Below, one piece after another: positions 1 to 10,808 of a stretch of DNA of 64,000 nucleotides. The stretch spans positions 96,001 through 160,000 of the forward strand of contig OY760686.1 in assembly GCA_963663865.1 (NCBI GenBank), read 5' to 3'. The DNA is from Spirochaetota bacterium (GTDB taxonomy: Bacteria > Spirochaetota > UBA4802 > UBA5550). The translations under genes were made by a program, and so were the position numbers. The notes beneath the pieces are model-generated. The model was given only the letters and a program-made list of their open reading frames with translations. It had not been told where the DNA came from and ran no database searches. Numbering within the stretch: the stretch's first letter is position 1; each line of letters starts with the position of its first letter.

Positions 1-32
1 CAGCTCAATAAAACAATCAACAGGGGGTTTAT

Positions 33-521
33 ATGATAAGACCGGTCGTGCAGGAGGACATTCAAAGCATATGTGACATCTATAACTACTATGTGAAGAA
101 CACGGCTGTGACCTTCGAGGAGTCAGAGGTGACTCCGTCTGAGATGGAAGAGCGGATTAAAAAGGTTACCCCGGCTCTTCCCTGGCTTGTCTATGAAAAA
201 GACGGCAGCGTTGCCGCTTTCGCCTATGCGGACAGGTGGAAGGGACGTTCAGCGTACAGGTTCTCTGCCGAATCTACCGTCTATGTAGCAAAGGAGCTTA
301 CCGGCAACGGAATAGGAACAGAGCTTTTCAGCAACCTCATCAAAGAGCTGAAAAAAACCGGAACCCACGCCGTTATAGCAGGCCTTTCACTCCCTAATGA
401 AAAAAGCCAGAAAATGCACGAAAAGCTCGGATTCAAAAAGGTAGCTCATTTCAATGAGGTCGGATTCAAATTCAACAAGTGGTTCGACCTCGGCTACTGG
501 CAGGCTGTAATAAATAATTGA
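33..521 (+). CDS. GNAT N-acetyltransferase, phosphinothricin/methionine-sulfoximine acetyltransferase (Pat/YncA) family
   Basis: IYNYYVKNTAVTFEE, RSAYRFSAESTVYV, GNGIGTEL, HEKLGF, VGFKFNKWFD motifs. Confidence 0.9.
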   Translation: MIRPVVQEDIQSICDIYNYYVKNTAVTFEESEVTPSEMEERIKKVTPALPWLVYEKDGSVAAFAYADRWKGRSAYRFSAESTVYVAKELTGNGIGTELFSNLIKELKKTGTHAVIAGLSLPNEKSQKMHEKLGFKKVAHFNEVGFKFNKWFDLGYWQAVINN

Positions 522-573
522 ACTGTCCGCCGCTGGCAATACGGCGGACACAATCGGCTGAGTCGGGACTGCC

Positions 574-2211
574 CTACTGCCAGGCTCCGATACTCCAGCC
601 TCCTGCGCCAGCGGCCGGCCTGGCGTTTCCGCCAAGATCCATGGGAATGTCTGTGGCTTCATCTCTTGGGAATTCCGGCCAGCCAGCGTCCAGGCCGTTA
701 ATGCCGCCTGACAAAGCAGATTCAGGCGAGTTTTCCGTAAGCATATAGCTTTCACCTGTCAGCACAGGATCCGCAGCGATGTTGCCTGAAATCTCTGTAC
801 CGCCATTTTGATAGGCGCCGGTCTCCATTGACTCAATATCGCTCCAATCCTCACCGGTGCTGTTATGGTAAAGCACCAGGGCATTGTGAAAGATATTGTT
901 CTTCACAGCTACCGGGTCGTCGCCGGTGTAAGAGCCCTCGTATATGCCATATGTTGAAGCCCCGCCGGTGAAATAAAAAATGTTGTTATAAAGCTCAGGT
1001 CCCTTTGTATATGCCGTTGTGACTCCGTACACCGTGTTAACTGCTCCAAGAACGAATGTGTTATTAGCCACCATCGGGGAGTAAACGCTCCCGAGCCCTA
1101 TTGCTGTAGGGGCATCAGAAGAATTCGCTATAATCAGATTATTGTACAGGTATACATTTCCTGAGCCGTTTTGAGCGGAGATTCCAGTATTCGATCCAGT
1201 CCCGCCAGTAGTCTCTACGGTACACCCTTCGACTAATACCGAAACAGCACCAGATATTTTCATGCCCATGGAGTACTGAGTGTTCCCCCCGTACACCTCA
1301 CAGTGTACTATCCTTGGACTGCCCCCCGTGATTGAGAGGCCATAAGCGGTATTCGAGGCATTCCCGCCGCCCAGGACACAGTCCCGAATTACTGGCGATC
1401 CCGATGTTGTTATAGATGTGGATATTGTCACGCCGGAATCGGATGCCCCGTTTATCTCAAGTCCATCTATTACAGTTGATGATGTGGCCGTCGAAGGAAT
1501 AGTGACAGCCGCCTTTGGAGTCATTGGGCCCATGACTCCCCCCTCTGTGCTTGTATCGGTCAGGACTGACCTGTATTGATTTCTGTCTCGTGACCAGTCA
1601 GAGGAATAACCTCCAAAAAGAGAAACGCCGTTATCGGGCATCGTGATTCCCATAGTAGTATACCGACCCTGAGCAATCCTTATACTAACGCCTGAAACAG
1701 CCTTCGATACAGCGAAATCAATCGTAGCAAATGGACTGTCCGATTCACCTGTGCCGCCGGCATCATCACCCAGAGTGGAAACAAAAATATCACCTGTCAC
1801 AAGAAGTATTCCGCCTGTTTTTAATATATCGGTTGAAACCTCGCCATAAGAAGCGTTCACGCTTACCTTCCCTTCAGTTGTTCCTGCTATTACGGTCCCG
1901 GGAGCAGCTCCTGTCTCAGCGTTTCCTGATACAGTCCAGACAGCAGAATCAGTTACGTCCTCTTTCGTCCCATCAGTGTGGCTGACTACCGCTCTGAACT
2001 TGTACTCTCTCCCAAAGGATACAGCTGCCTCTGAAGGGATTACGCTGAGAACAGAACCCTCAGGAAGCACGCCTGAATCATCATCGTCAGCCGGTGTCGT
2101 TCCGTCTGTATTGTCCTCAACAACCGGCGGTTCCGGGAAAATCTCATTTCTCTCACAGCCGAACAGAAAGACTGAAGAGATTATCATCATTACAAGAGCA
2201 ACTTTTTTCAT
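574..2211 (-). CDS. Surface lipoprotein: Ig-like domain + right-handed beta-helix (DUF1565-like), choice-of-anchor-Q-like C-terminus
   Basis: Lipobox LFG-C; Big_2-like DGTKEDVTDSAVWTVS; IFVSTLGDD..G...PFATI; repeated NN-containing coils; C-terminal DLGGNARP...WSIGAWQ. Confidence 0.7.
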   Translation of the reverse strand: MKKVALVMMIISSVFLFGCERNEIFPEPPVVEDNTDGTTPADDDDSGVLPEGSVLSVIPSEAAVSFGREYKFRAVVSHTDGTKEDVTDSAVWTVSGNAETGAAPGTVIAGTTEGKVSVNASYGEVSTDILKTGGILLVTGDIFVSTLGDDAGGTGESDSPFATIDFAVSKAVSGVSIRIAQGRYTTMGITMPDNGVSLFGGYSSDWSRDRNQYRSVLTDTSTEGGVMGPMTPKAAVTIPSTATSSTVIDGLEINGASDSGVTISTSITTSGSPVIRDCVLGGGNASNTAYGLSITGGSPRIVHCEVYGGNTQYSMGMKISGAVSVLVEGCTVETTGGTGSNTGISAQNGSGNVYLYNNLIIANSSDAPTAIGLGSVYSPMVANNTFVLGAVNTVYGVTTAYTKGPELYNNIFYFTGGASTYGIYEGSYTGDDPVAVKNNIFHNALVLYHNSTGEDWSDIESMETGAYQNGGTEISGNIAADPVLTGESYMLTENSPESALSGGINGLDAGWPEFPRDEATDIPMDLGGNARPAAGAGGWSIGAWQ

Positions 2212-2430
2212 CAGTTAGACCTGCTATTCATCATGGATTATGAAACTCAATCTCTGTTAAATATATATAAAAAACATTAACCCGGAAAGCTTTTTCAGCG
2301 CTTTTATAATGCCATTAAAGTATACATATTCATCCCTTTTAAAAAAAACTCTTCTCAAACTCGTGTTAAAGCATTATAATCCGTACCATACAGAGTCGGG
2401 ACCTGTAATAGACCATTCACGGAGACGACA

Positions 2431-4341
2431 ATGAAATTCTCATTCAGAAACATGAAACTGGCCAACAGACTGATTTTTTCTCAGGCAGCTTTCACAATAG
2501 TACTGCTGACTCTACTCGCGTTTCTCGCCGGCCAACTTATTAAACACCGATTCACCAGCCAGGGTGTTAAGGAAATGACGGACCTCAATAGACGAATAAT
2601 TGACATGATTGATGTCTACAATATGAAGCTCAAGGAACACGCTGAATCTCTGGGCAATGTGTTCATTAATTACGGAGTAAGAGAGACCGAAAACCGCGAA
2701 GTTCTTCAGACGGCCATCGACAGATACACCCGTTCAACAGGGGCGGTCGCGACATTTTTCGTCAGGCGTGGAGACGACTTTCTCAGAGTCAGCACATCGC
2801 TGAGGAAACAGGACGGGACAAGAGCCGTAGGCACACTGCTTGACAGAAAGCATCCAGGTTACGCTAACGTCCTGGCGGGATTAAGCTATACAGGCCCCGC
2901 AGTTCTCTTCGGCAGAAACTATATGACACACTACCTGCCGGTTAAAAACAAAACAGGAATAGCCGGCATATATTTCATAGGAATTGACTTTACCGAAGGC
3001 GTAAGAAACCTGAAGGATAAAATCAGAACGATTGAGGTAGCATCGACAGGATTTATCAGCATAATAGAAGGCCCCGGCAGCGACAATGCCGGCAGCTGCA
3101 TTGTCCACAAGTCAAAAGATCTGGAAGGTACCAATCTATCCCATTTACGCGATATCGATGGAGAGGAATACATCAAGACCATGATCGGCAAAAAAAACGG
3201 CACACTGCAGCTTCAACTTAACAGAAACGAAACAGACCGGATAGCAGGGAACGTAATAACCGCTTTCAACTACTATGAACCTTGGAACTGGGTTATTGCT
3301 TCAAACGCCGAGGAATCCAGACTGATTGCTTCAGGGACTACACTCCGTGATTTTATTTTCGCTGGTTTTCTCATCTGCTGCTGCCTGCTTCTCATGGTGT
3401 TGTTAATATCGGTTAAAAGGATTATAATCGTCCGATTCAGAAAGTTGATCAAGATGGCTGAGAATTTGGGCGCCGGCGCCGGTGACCTCACTGTCCGTCT
3501 TGATGAAGCCGGCAGCGACGAAATCGCTGAGATGTCCGCCGGCTTTAACCGGTTTCTCGAAGGATTCGAGCATATGGTTAAGGATATTCTGGCCGAATCC
3601 CGAAGTCTCGTCCGCTCAGTTGAAGCAATCAATCAGGGAAATCAGAGCCTGTCGCAGCGCACAACCGAGCAGTCCTCCAGCCTTGAAGAGATTGCCTCCA
3701 CCATTGAAGACACGCTAAGCTCACTCACAAAAATGACCGAAAGCGCTTCAACCGCTAATAAGTTCATGTCAGAACAGGTTGAACGTGCTGAGGAAGGCAA
3801 CTCTGTAGCTGCAGCGGCTGTAGAAGCAATCAATGAGATAAATACTTCCAGCAGTAAAATAATGGAGATTCTGAACCTGATCAGAGAGATTACATTTCAA
3901 ACGAACCTTCTGTCCCTTAACGCGGCGGTAGAAGCCGCCCGGGCCGGTGAACACGGGAGAGGTTTCGCTATAGTCGCCGGAGAAGTTCGCAACCTCGCGC
4001 ACCGCTCCGCAACAGCCGCCTCCGACATCGAAAAAATTATTAGCGACTCAATTGAAAAAATCAGCATTGGCACCACCATGATCCAAAAAACATCAGAAGC
4101 TCTCACCACCATAGCGGCTTCCGTTAAGGAGATATCAGGCATCATTTCTGAAGTCAGCAGGACATCCTCCGAACAGAAACAGGAGATGGCCCAGATCAAC
4201 TCGGGAGTATCGGAGATAGACAAAACAACCCAGCAAAACGCGGCCCTGGTCGAAGAAACCGCGTCACTGTCTGAAGAGATGTTCGAAAGGGCAAAAAAGC
4301 TTATGAATATGCTGGAATCTTTCCATGTGAGCGCGGGGTGA
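2431..4341 (+). CDS. Methyl-accepting chemotaxis protein with Cache sensor and HAMP domain
   Basis: Two TM segments, Cache motif [19 protein letters not shown], signalling motif [35 protein letters not shown]. Confidence 0.95.
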   Translation: MKFSFRNMKLANRLIFSQAAFTIVLLTLLAFLAGQLIKHRFTSQGVKEMTDLNRRIIDMIDVYNMKLKEHAESLGNVFINYGVRETENREVLQTAIDRYTRSTGAVATFFVRRGDDFLRVSTSLRKQDGTRAVGTLLDRKHPGYANVLAGLSYTGPAVLFGRNYMTHYLPVKNKTGIAGIYFIGIDFTEGVRNLKDKIRTIEVASTGFISIIEGPGSDNAGSCIVHKSKDLEGTNLSHLRDIDGEEYIKTMIGKKNGTLQLQLNRNETDRIAGNVITAFNYYEPWNWVIASNAEESRLIASGTTLRDFIFAGFLICCCLLLMVLLISVKRIIIVRFRKLIKMAENLGAGAGDLTVRLDEAGSDEIAEMSAGFNRFLEGFEHMVKDILAESRSLVRSVEAINQGNQSLSQRTTEQSSSLEEIASTIEDTLSSLTKMTESASTANKFMSEQVERAEEGNSVAAAAVEAINEINTSSSKIMEILNLIREITFQTNLLSLNAAVEAARAGEHGRGFAIVAGEVRNLAHRSATAASDIEKIISDSIEKISIGTTMIQKTSEALTTIAASVKEISGIISEVSRTSSEQKQEMAQINSGVSEIDKTTQQNAALVEETASLSEEMFERAKKLMNMLESFHVSAG

Positions 4342-4373
4342 GATATTTCCCCCCGCCCCGCTTACTGAGATAT

Positions 4374-5207
4374 CTACACCTGCCCTGAAGTTATCTCTCC
4401 GGCAGGAAGCTTTGATTTAGAATCACTCAACTCAGGGATTTCATTCATCGCGAGGGTAGCTCCCACAGTCGCGATGATCGACGTGAAACCGGCAAGCATA
4501 ACTCCGATAAAAGGAATCATCAGGGTAAATGAGAATATCATCCCGTTAGCGACAGCCACACCCCTGTTTTTGCTTACTATCCTTACACTCTCTCTGACAG
4601 AAAGGCCTTTTCTCTCACAGGTATAGTACATGTTCGTAAAGCCGTAGTAGTACGATGTAATCAGAAAATATAGTATAAAGGTCACAGGGCTTATCAGCTG
4701 CCCTATCAACGGGAGCAGCGTGACAATAAAAATGAGTATTGTTACTCCGAACTGGACAAGCATATTTCGCACTGTAATCAGTATACCTCGCCAGATATCG
4801 ACAAGGAGCTTTGAAAAGCTGAATGGATAGTCGACCCCTTTTACTATAGCCTCAGTTCTCTCACTCACCCACGCAAAAACCGGTGCAAGAATAATTAGAA
4901 GTATATAGCCGCTTACATAAGCAAAGATGAAAAAATAGATAATCTTCAGGAAAAACTGCACAAGCCCGCCAACAAGACCGAGCAGGAACCCGATCAGCCA
5001 TGACTGATCCGGGCTGAAAAGGAAGGAGTCAATCTTTCCGCTGATCATCTCACCGACATAGCCGATCAGAGAAAAGCCCGCGTAATACAACCCCACGCTC
5101 AGGAAAAGCGGGATCAGAAAAACCCACCAGATATTATTTCTAAAGATAAAGGGTATCGCCTTGAAAAAGCTGTTAAACCCGCTGGAAAACCCGTTAAAGT
5201 ATTTCAT
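4374..5207 (-). CDS. CysZ/EI24-family membrane protein
   Basis: Multi-TM protein with ILAPVFAWVSERTE and YYYGF..MYY..ER motifs typical of CysZ/EI24. Confidence 0.75.
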   Translation of the reverse strand: MKYFNGFSSGFNSFFKAIPFIFRNNIWWVFLIPLFLSVGLYYAGFSLIGYVGEMISGKIDSFLFSPDQSWLIGFLLGLVGGLVQFFLKIIYFFIFAYVSGYILLIILAPVFAWVSERTEAIVKGVDYPFSFSKLLVDIWRGILITVRNMLVQFGVTILIFIVTLLPLIGQLISPVTFILYFLITSYYYGFTNMYYTCERKGLSVRESVRIVSKNRGVAVANGMIFSFTLMIPFIGVMLAGFTSIIATVGATLAMNEIPELSDSKSKLPAGEITSGQV

Positions 5208-5301
5208 TATAAACCCCGTTTTCTGTTTTGGTATAATATCACTGGCAAGCTAATCACAATCAGCATTTAAATCGCAAGAAAATTTTCTTTCTGAGCAAGC
5301 G

Positions 5302-5339
5302 GACGGTTCTCGTTATTCCACCCGACGGTTCTCGTTATT
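5302..5339. repeat. 16-bp direct repeat GACGGTTCTCGTTATT x2
   Basis: Identical copies at 5302-5317 and 5324-5339; partial third copy near 5341-5358. Confidence 0.8.
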
Positions 5340-5733
5340 AGACGGGCCGGTCTCGTAACACGCGGTAATACATTATTTCAGCGGCAAGCATTATCACGGA
5401 GGGAATGAAGACAACAGCAAATATTATTATCCCAGAGGATAGAAGCAAAAGTTCCAGCAGGATAAATATTCCGGAATATATAATCGAGGGGATCAGCGCC
5501 CATCGTTTTCCAAGAAATATCATGATGGTTGCAATGAGCATAAAGACACAGAGAGGCAAATAGACGGCGGCAGCAACCGCAATCAGGATGCCGGCCATTA
5601 TCCCCATTTCGCCGGCAATAAAACCCTCAAAGCTGAGCTTGACCAGAAGGGCAAAGAAAACCAGCATGACTAAAGACTTAAAAACAGCTGAAGCATAAAC
5701 CACAAGCCTCAGCCGCCTGACATGAAAATTCAT
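5338..5733 (-). CDS. Hypothetical membrane protein (about 4 TM)
   Basis: Hydrophobic 131-aa ORF with GGAG RBS upstream. Confidence 0.65.
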   Translation of the reverse strand: MNFHVRRLRLVVYASAVFKSLVMLVFFALLVKLSFEGFIAGEMGIMAGILIAVAAAVYLPLCVFMLIATIMIFLGKRWALIPSIIYSGIFILLELLLLSSGIIIFAVVFIPSVIMLAAEIMYYRVLRDRPV

Positions 5734-5925
5734 TCACTACATCTCCAGGATTTATCCAGACAGACTGGCTGACCGCTCCGGAATCCATAAAACCTGTACC
5801 GTTTTACACAGAAATGCACCGTCACACAAACTCCTTGCATTACGGTCAAAAGGCCAGGTCTCTCATATGACATAAAGCTGCCGCACAGCCCCCCCCGATG
5901 GCAGATCTGCGCGGTCACTTAGCAA

Positions 5926-6147
5926 TTAACCGAAAGAGGCAAGAATCCCCGCGACCCTCGCTGTTTCACCGGGAAACAGATCAGCAGGAACATTCGCCGA
6001 GCCTGCTGCCAGAAACACCTGATGCCGAGCGCATCCCGAGCAATCGCCCAGACAGTACTTGTCCTTGAGCATTTGTGCTGTCGAGGGCAGACCGGACATC
6101 CGGTCATTAAAGAAAGGACAATTGGGTAGACATTCACATTCTGCCAT
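5926..6147 (-). CDS. Small Cys-rich hypothetical protein
   Basis: GGAGG RBS; CECLPNCPFFND...YCLGDCSGCARH...VPADLFP pattern. Confidence 0.7.
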   Translation of the reverse strand: MAECECLPNCPFFNDRMSGLPSTAQMLKDKYCLGDCSGCARHQVFLAAGSANVPADLFPGETARVAGILASFG

Positions 6148-6213
6148 ATCCGCCTCCGTAAAGATTTATTTAATACGGATGCCGCAGGGAAGTGTCTGAA
6201 CCGGCCTCTTCAG

Positions 6214-6420
6214 TTATTTTGCGCACTCGCTGTAGCATTTCTCCTTGGCGGCCTGACAGGCAGCTTTTTTCACTTCACTGTCACCGGCCTTGTTCATGCA
6301 GTCTTTGCAAGCCTCGTCGCAGCCGGCACGGCATGCCATGACCTTAGGATCAACTGAAGCGCAACCCGTTAGTGATAGCAAAAGTCCCAGAGTAAAGAGA
6401 GAAAAAAGTAACCTTTTCAT
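6214..6420 (-). CDS. Small Cys-rich lipoprotein
   Basis: Start moved to ATG 6420 after GGAGG; lipobox LTG-C; CX3CX3CX2C...CX6CX3C. Confidence 0.7.
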   Translation of the reverse strand: MKRLLFSLFTLGLLLSLTGCASVDPKVMACRAGCDEACKDCMNKAGDSEVKKAACQAAKEKCYSECAK

Positions 6421-6670
6421 AAAAATCCTCCGTTTTTGGTATTCATGGAAAACTCCACGCTTATTGTTACACAAATGCATTATAATGTCAAGAAAGATGC
6501 CCTGTTTAAAATGAAACAATAAATGATTCAATTTTATTCTTGTTACATTTCAAGTTACCCTCTATAATCCAATACGCAGTTAAATTTCGACATAATAATT
6601 AGCGAAATCGCACGGCTGCACATTTTTTGCTCACTTTCTCTTCTCATACGCAATAGAACAGAGGATAAAG

Positions 6671-9067
6671 ATGATCATTTATTTACCAGATGACGACCCC
6701 ATCCTAAACGAAAAAATAAAAAAAGAAATCGAGCTGAAGCTTTCGAAGGCATCTTTTTACGGGGATGTTACTGAAGACATGCATCTTCCAAAATATGAAA
6801 ACATCCATCTCAGGGGACTTTTTGATAATATGCTTAATGGTGTCGCACTTTGTAAAATGATTTTTGACAACGGCAAACCGGTTGACTATATCCATCTCGA
6901 TGTAAATAACAGCTATTATAGACTCACAGGCCTTAAAGATGTTATCGGGAAGAAAGCTTCCGAGCTTCTTCCCGATCTGGCCAAGACAGACACCGAACTC
7001 CTTAATCTCTACGGCCGTGTCGCCTCAAGCGGCGTCCCGGCAAAATTTGAAAGATACGTCGAAAGCATGAAAATGTGGTTCTCCGTGTCTACCTACTCTC
7101 CTGAAAAAGACTATTTCGTATCAATTTTTGACATAACAAATGAAAAAAAGACCATTCAGGAAACTCTCATCAGCACAGAAGCCAGATACTTCTCTTTGTA
7201 CAACAGCATGATTGACGGGATAGTCGGAACAGACATGGAAGGAAGAATTCTGGAATTCAATGAAGTATTCCGAAGTATGCTTGGATACGAAAAAGATGAA
7301 CTCCTTCAAATGACTTACAAGGACATAACCCCGGCAGTCTGGTCTGATTTTGAAGACGATATAGTCGCAAACCAGATAATTACAAGAGGCTATTCTGATG
7401 TCTATGAAAAGGAATATCTCAAAAAGGATGGAACAAAATTCCCTGTTGAATTGAGGACATCCCTGATCCGAGATCAAACCGGCCAGCCTGAAATGATGTG
7501 GGCAATAGTCCGAGATATTACTGAACGCAAGAGAAACGAGACTCAACTTCGTGAAAGTGAAAACCGTTTCAGATCAACTATTGAGCGAATGATTGAAGGC
7601 TGTCAAATAATAGGCTTCGACTGGAATTATATCTACATAAACCCCGCCGCAGAGATTCACAACCGAAGGCCGAAAGAAGAACTAATCGGCCGCAACTATG
7701 TCGAATCATGGCCGGGGATTGAACATACAGCCGTTTACTCTCTAATTAAGGAAAGTATGGACAAACGAATACATCTCGAAATGAAGAACGTCTTCACATA
7801 TCCTGATGGAGACACTGGCCTTTTCCAGATTCATGTTTTCCCGGTCCCTGAAGGAGTTTTTATTCAGTCTCTCGACATTACTGAAAACCGCAAACTTCAG
7901 GAACAGATAATCCAGGCACAAAAAAATCAGAGCATTGGAACTCTTGCCTCTGGCATAGCACATGACTTCAACAACATTCTTGAAATAATCTATGGTTATA
8001 CAACATTGATAGAAAAGAATCCCTGCAACACAGGAATGATTGATGAATATACTGCCAACATTGAACGTACCGTCACCAGGGGCTCAGAGCTTGTTAAGCA
8101 GATTCTGACCTTTGCGCGGCAGACAGATTCAGTATTCAGCCCGGTTTACCTCAACATCATTCTGCAGGATCTGATTTCCATGTTAAGACAGACCTTTCCT
8201 AAAGTTATAAAGATATTTTTTCATTCATCCCCTGACCTTAAACCCATCAATGGAGAGCGATCTCAGCTCCATCAAATAATGCTTAATCTGAGTGTAAACG
8301 CCCGTGACGCTATGCCCGATGGAGGAAGCCTCTCTTTTAAATTAGACATGGTCAATGGCAAGGAACTCATTCAAATGTTCCCGACAGCGGAACCAATTCA
8401 ATACGCACGTATAACAGTCACAGATACCGGAACAGGCATGGATGAAGACACAAAAAACCGTATATTCGACCCCTTTTTCACAACAAAAGAAAAAGGTAAA
8501 GGAACCGGGCTCGGCCTGGCAGTTGTTTATGGAGTTATAAAATCACATCGGGGCCTTATTGATATTACAACAGCTCCAGGAAAAGGAACAACTTTCAGGA
8601 TATACTTCCCAGTCACCGAAGATTCAACAGAAGAACGCAATGTCCTTCCAACCATAGAGCCATTGGCCGTTCAAGACTTTTCTGGAAAAACCATTCTCTA
8701 TATCGAAGACGAGGACGACCTCATTGACATAATGACAGATTATTTCGATGCCGCCGGTTTTCATATTATCGTGGCCAAAAACGGAACAGATGGAGTCAGG
8801 CTGTATCGTGAAAATCTCAATAGAATTGACCTTGTATTAAGCGATATGGGACTCCCAGAAATGACAGGTGATGAGGTCTTTTCTGAAATTATGAGAATAA
8901 ATCCCAGTGCCGTAGTCATTTTGGCAAGCGGTTACTTCGAACCGGGGGCTAAACAAAAACTCGTCGGAGTTCGCGCATTCCTCGATAAGCCTTACAACCC
9001 GGGACATGCACTTGATACAATACGGAAGGTTCTGTCGGAGCGACCTGGTTCCACCCGACGGCATTGA
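6671..9067 (+). CDS. PAS-domain hybrid sensor histidine kinase/response regulator
   Basis: Three PAS-like segments, H-box GIAHDFNNIL, N/G boxes NARDAM, DTGTGM, FFTTKEKGKGTGLGL, C-terminal receiver DLVLSDMGLPEM. Confidence 0.95.
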   Translation: MIIYLPDDDPILNEKIKKEIELKLSKASFYGDVTEDMHLPKYENIHLRGLFDNMLNGVALCKMIFDNGKPVDYIHLDVNNSYYRLTGLKDVIGKKASELLPDLAKTDTELLNLYGRVASSGVPAKFERYVESMKMWFSVSTYSPEKDYFVSIFDITNEKKTIQETLISTEARYFSLYNSMIDGIVGTDMEGRILEFNEVFRSMLGYEKDELLQMTYKDITPAVWSDFEDDIVANQIITRGYSDVYEKEYLKKDGTKFPVELRTSLIRDQTGQPEMMWAIVRDITERKRNETQLRESENRFRSTIERMIEGCQIIGFDWNYIYINPAAEIHNRRPKEELIGRNYVESWPGIEHTAVYSLIKESMDKRIHLEMKNVFTYPDGDTGLFQIHVFPVPEGVFIQSLDITENRKLQEQIIQAQKNQSIGTLASGIAHDFNNILEIIYGYTTLIEKNPCNTGMIDEYTANIERTVTRGSELVKQILTFARQTDSVFSPVYLNIILQDLISMLRQTFPKVIKIFFHSSPDLKPINGERSQLHQIMLNLSVNARDAMPDGGSLSFKLDMVNGKELIQMFPTAEPIQYARITVTDTGTGMDEDTKNRIFDPFFTTKEKGKGTGLGLAVVYGVIKSHRGLIDITTAPGKGTTFRIYFPVTEDSTEERNVLPTIEPLAVQDFSGKTILYIEDEDDLIDIMTDYFDAAGFHIIVAKNGTDGVRLYRENLNRIDLVLSDMGLPEMTGDEVFSEIMRINPSAVVILASGYFEPGAKQKLVGVRAFLDKPYNPGHALDTIRKVLSERPGSTRRH

Positions 9068-10273
9068 TTATAAAGCTGAGGAATTTCCCGCGATAGCCCC
9101 GCTGCTCCAGGCGAACTGAAGATTGTAGCCGCCGCTGTCACCGTCTATATTTAAAAGCTCCCCGGTAATATAAAGCCCGTCAGCGATTCGGGACATCATC
9201 GTCTCCGGATCAACTTCAGCGGTGTCGACTCCGCCCGCTGCGGCTACAGCCTCATGGAAACCCCTCGGCTTGCCCGGCTCAAGCTCCATCCTTTTGAGCG
9301 CGGAAAGCAGCGCTTTGTGCTCAGCCGCGCTGAGAGACTCGACTCGCTTCTCACCGTCTACACCGGCGTAAAAGCAGACAAACTCCGGAAGACGGTCCCT
9401 CAGTATTCCGGCAAGGCTGAAGACGGCCTTTTTCCTTCCGTCCTTCCAGATGTCTTCAGCCATGCGGGCAAGCTCTTCGCTGGTCCTGTCCGGGAAAAGG
9501 TCAACGCATATCCTCACATCGCCGCCGCGGTTTTCATTTACAGTCCTTGACGCGGCCAGCGACACCGGCCCTGAGATACCATATGAGGTAAAGAGGATTT
9601 CACCTTCAAAGCGGCCTGCCTGTTTCCCGCCGACCTCAACGGCAAGCGACACATCGCGCTTAATACCCTCAAGCTGATGAAGCCTCTTCAGAGCAATGTT
9701 TATAGGCTGGATAACCGGCGCCGGTTCAATAATTTTGTGACCCAGCTTCTCCGCCAGCTCATATCCCATTCTGCTGCCCCCCAGATTGGGAAAAGCGCAG
9801 CTTCCGCACGCGAGAATAACAGCATCGCAGTCTGCGCTCTCGCCGGGCGTCATTACCTGAAAGCCCTTTCCGGCTGGAACAATATCCACCGCTTTACGGT
9901 TGAGCCTGAGTTCAATTCCGCGCCTCTTGATTTCGTATTGGAATATCTTTGTAACTGAGGAGGCCTGCAGCGAGGCGGGAAAGAGCCTGCCGCCCTCCTC
10001 TACAAATGGAAGCCCTATGTTGTAAAAAAAAGCAGCGGTGTCAGCCGGAGTGAACAGCTGAAGCACTCTTTCTGCGAACAGCCGGTCTCCATGAAAGTTA
10101 TGGGGGGATATGGACGTATTGGAGATATTGCACCGTCCGTTTCCGGTAGCGGCAAGTTTTCGTCCAATTTTGCTTTCCTTTTCGAAGATTGTTACGACAG
10201 CGCCTTTTTCAGCGGCAGCGCATGCCGCCATAAGGCCGGATGCGCCGGCCCCTATAACCGCTACACGTTTCAA
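9068..10273 (-). CDS. NAD(P)/FAD-dependent oxidoreductase, HI0933/BaiN family
   Basis: GAGASGLMAA, GRKLAATGNGRCNISN, GELLNIDGDSGGYNLQFAWSSG. Confidence 0.92.
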   Translation of the reverse strand: MKRVAVIGAGASGLMAACAAAEKGAVVTIFEKESKIGRKLAATGNGRCNISNTSISPHNFHGDRLFAERVLQLFTPADTAAFFYNIGLPFVEEGGRLFPASLQASSVTKIFQYEIKRRGIELRLNRKAVDIVPAGKGFQVMTPGESADCDAVILACGSCAFPNLGGSRMGYELAEKLGHKIIEPAPVIQPINIALKRLHQLEGIKRDVSLAVEVGGKQAGRFEGEILFTSYGISGPVSLAASRTVNENRGGDVRICVDLFPDRTSEELARMAEDIWKDGRKKAVFSLAGILRDRLPEFVCFYAGVDGEKRVESLSAAEHKALLSALKRMELEPGKPRGFHEAVAAAGGVDTAEVDPETMMSRIADGLYITGELLNIDGDSGGYNLQFAWSSGAIAGNSSAL

Positions 10274-10282
10274 AATACGCTC

Positions 10283-10774
10283 CTATTTCTTTCGAGCTTC
10301 CCACGAGGAGAGAGCGCCGGCTTCGCTGAATGTCCCTTTAATGGTCATGCCGTCAGCGGTAAACTCTCCCCTGTAGACCTGCCTGTAAAGCCTGCTCGCC
10401 CCGAGCTCATTCATCTCTTTCGCGTTGTTGACGCTTCTTTCAAAGTATATCAGCCTGTTTCTGATACTCAGCTTTTTCATTTCCTCAGGCCTTCCTTTGC
10501 CAAGCGATGCAAATTGTATCGTTCCGGAGTACGCTCCGTCTCTCTTAACTATCCGCAGCACCCCTTCGAATTTGCCCACTGTCACATAGTACTCAGTCGT
10601 TTTGCTTTCAGACGCAGCCTCTTCATCGGGCGTACCACTTTCGGTCTCCTTCACAGGATTGTCCGGATCGGGGATGTCAATATCCGGTGAATCGGGCTTT
10701 TCCTGCGCAGTTTTACAGAAAGGCGACCACAGAACCGCGGACACCAGCATAAACAATGCCAGCTTTTTTTTCAT
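10283..10774 (-). CDS. Hypothetical exported protein/lipoprotein
   Basis: Start ATG 10774 after GAGGAGG; signal peptide ending at Cys; acidic linker then beta-rich domain. Confidence 0.65.
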   Translation of the reverse strand: MKKKLALFMLVSAVLWSPFCKTAQEKPDSPDIDIPDPDNPVKETESGTPDEEAASESKTTEYYVTVGKFEGVLRIVKRDGAYSGTIQFASLGKGRPEEMKKLSIRNRLIYFERSVNNAKEMNELGASRLYRQVYRGEFTADGMTIKGTFSEAGALSSWEARKK

Positions 10775-10808
10775 ATCAGGCCTCCTCAAGATTATACAAC
10801 TACAATCG

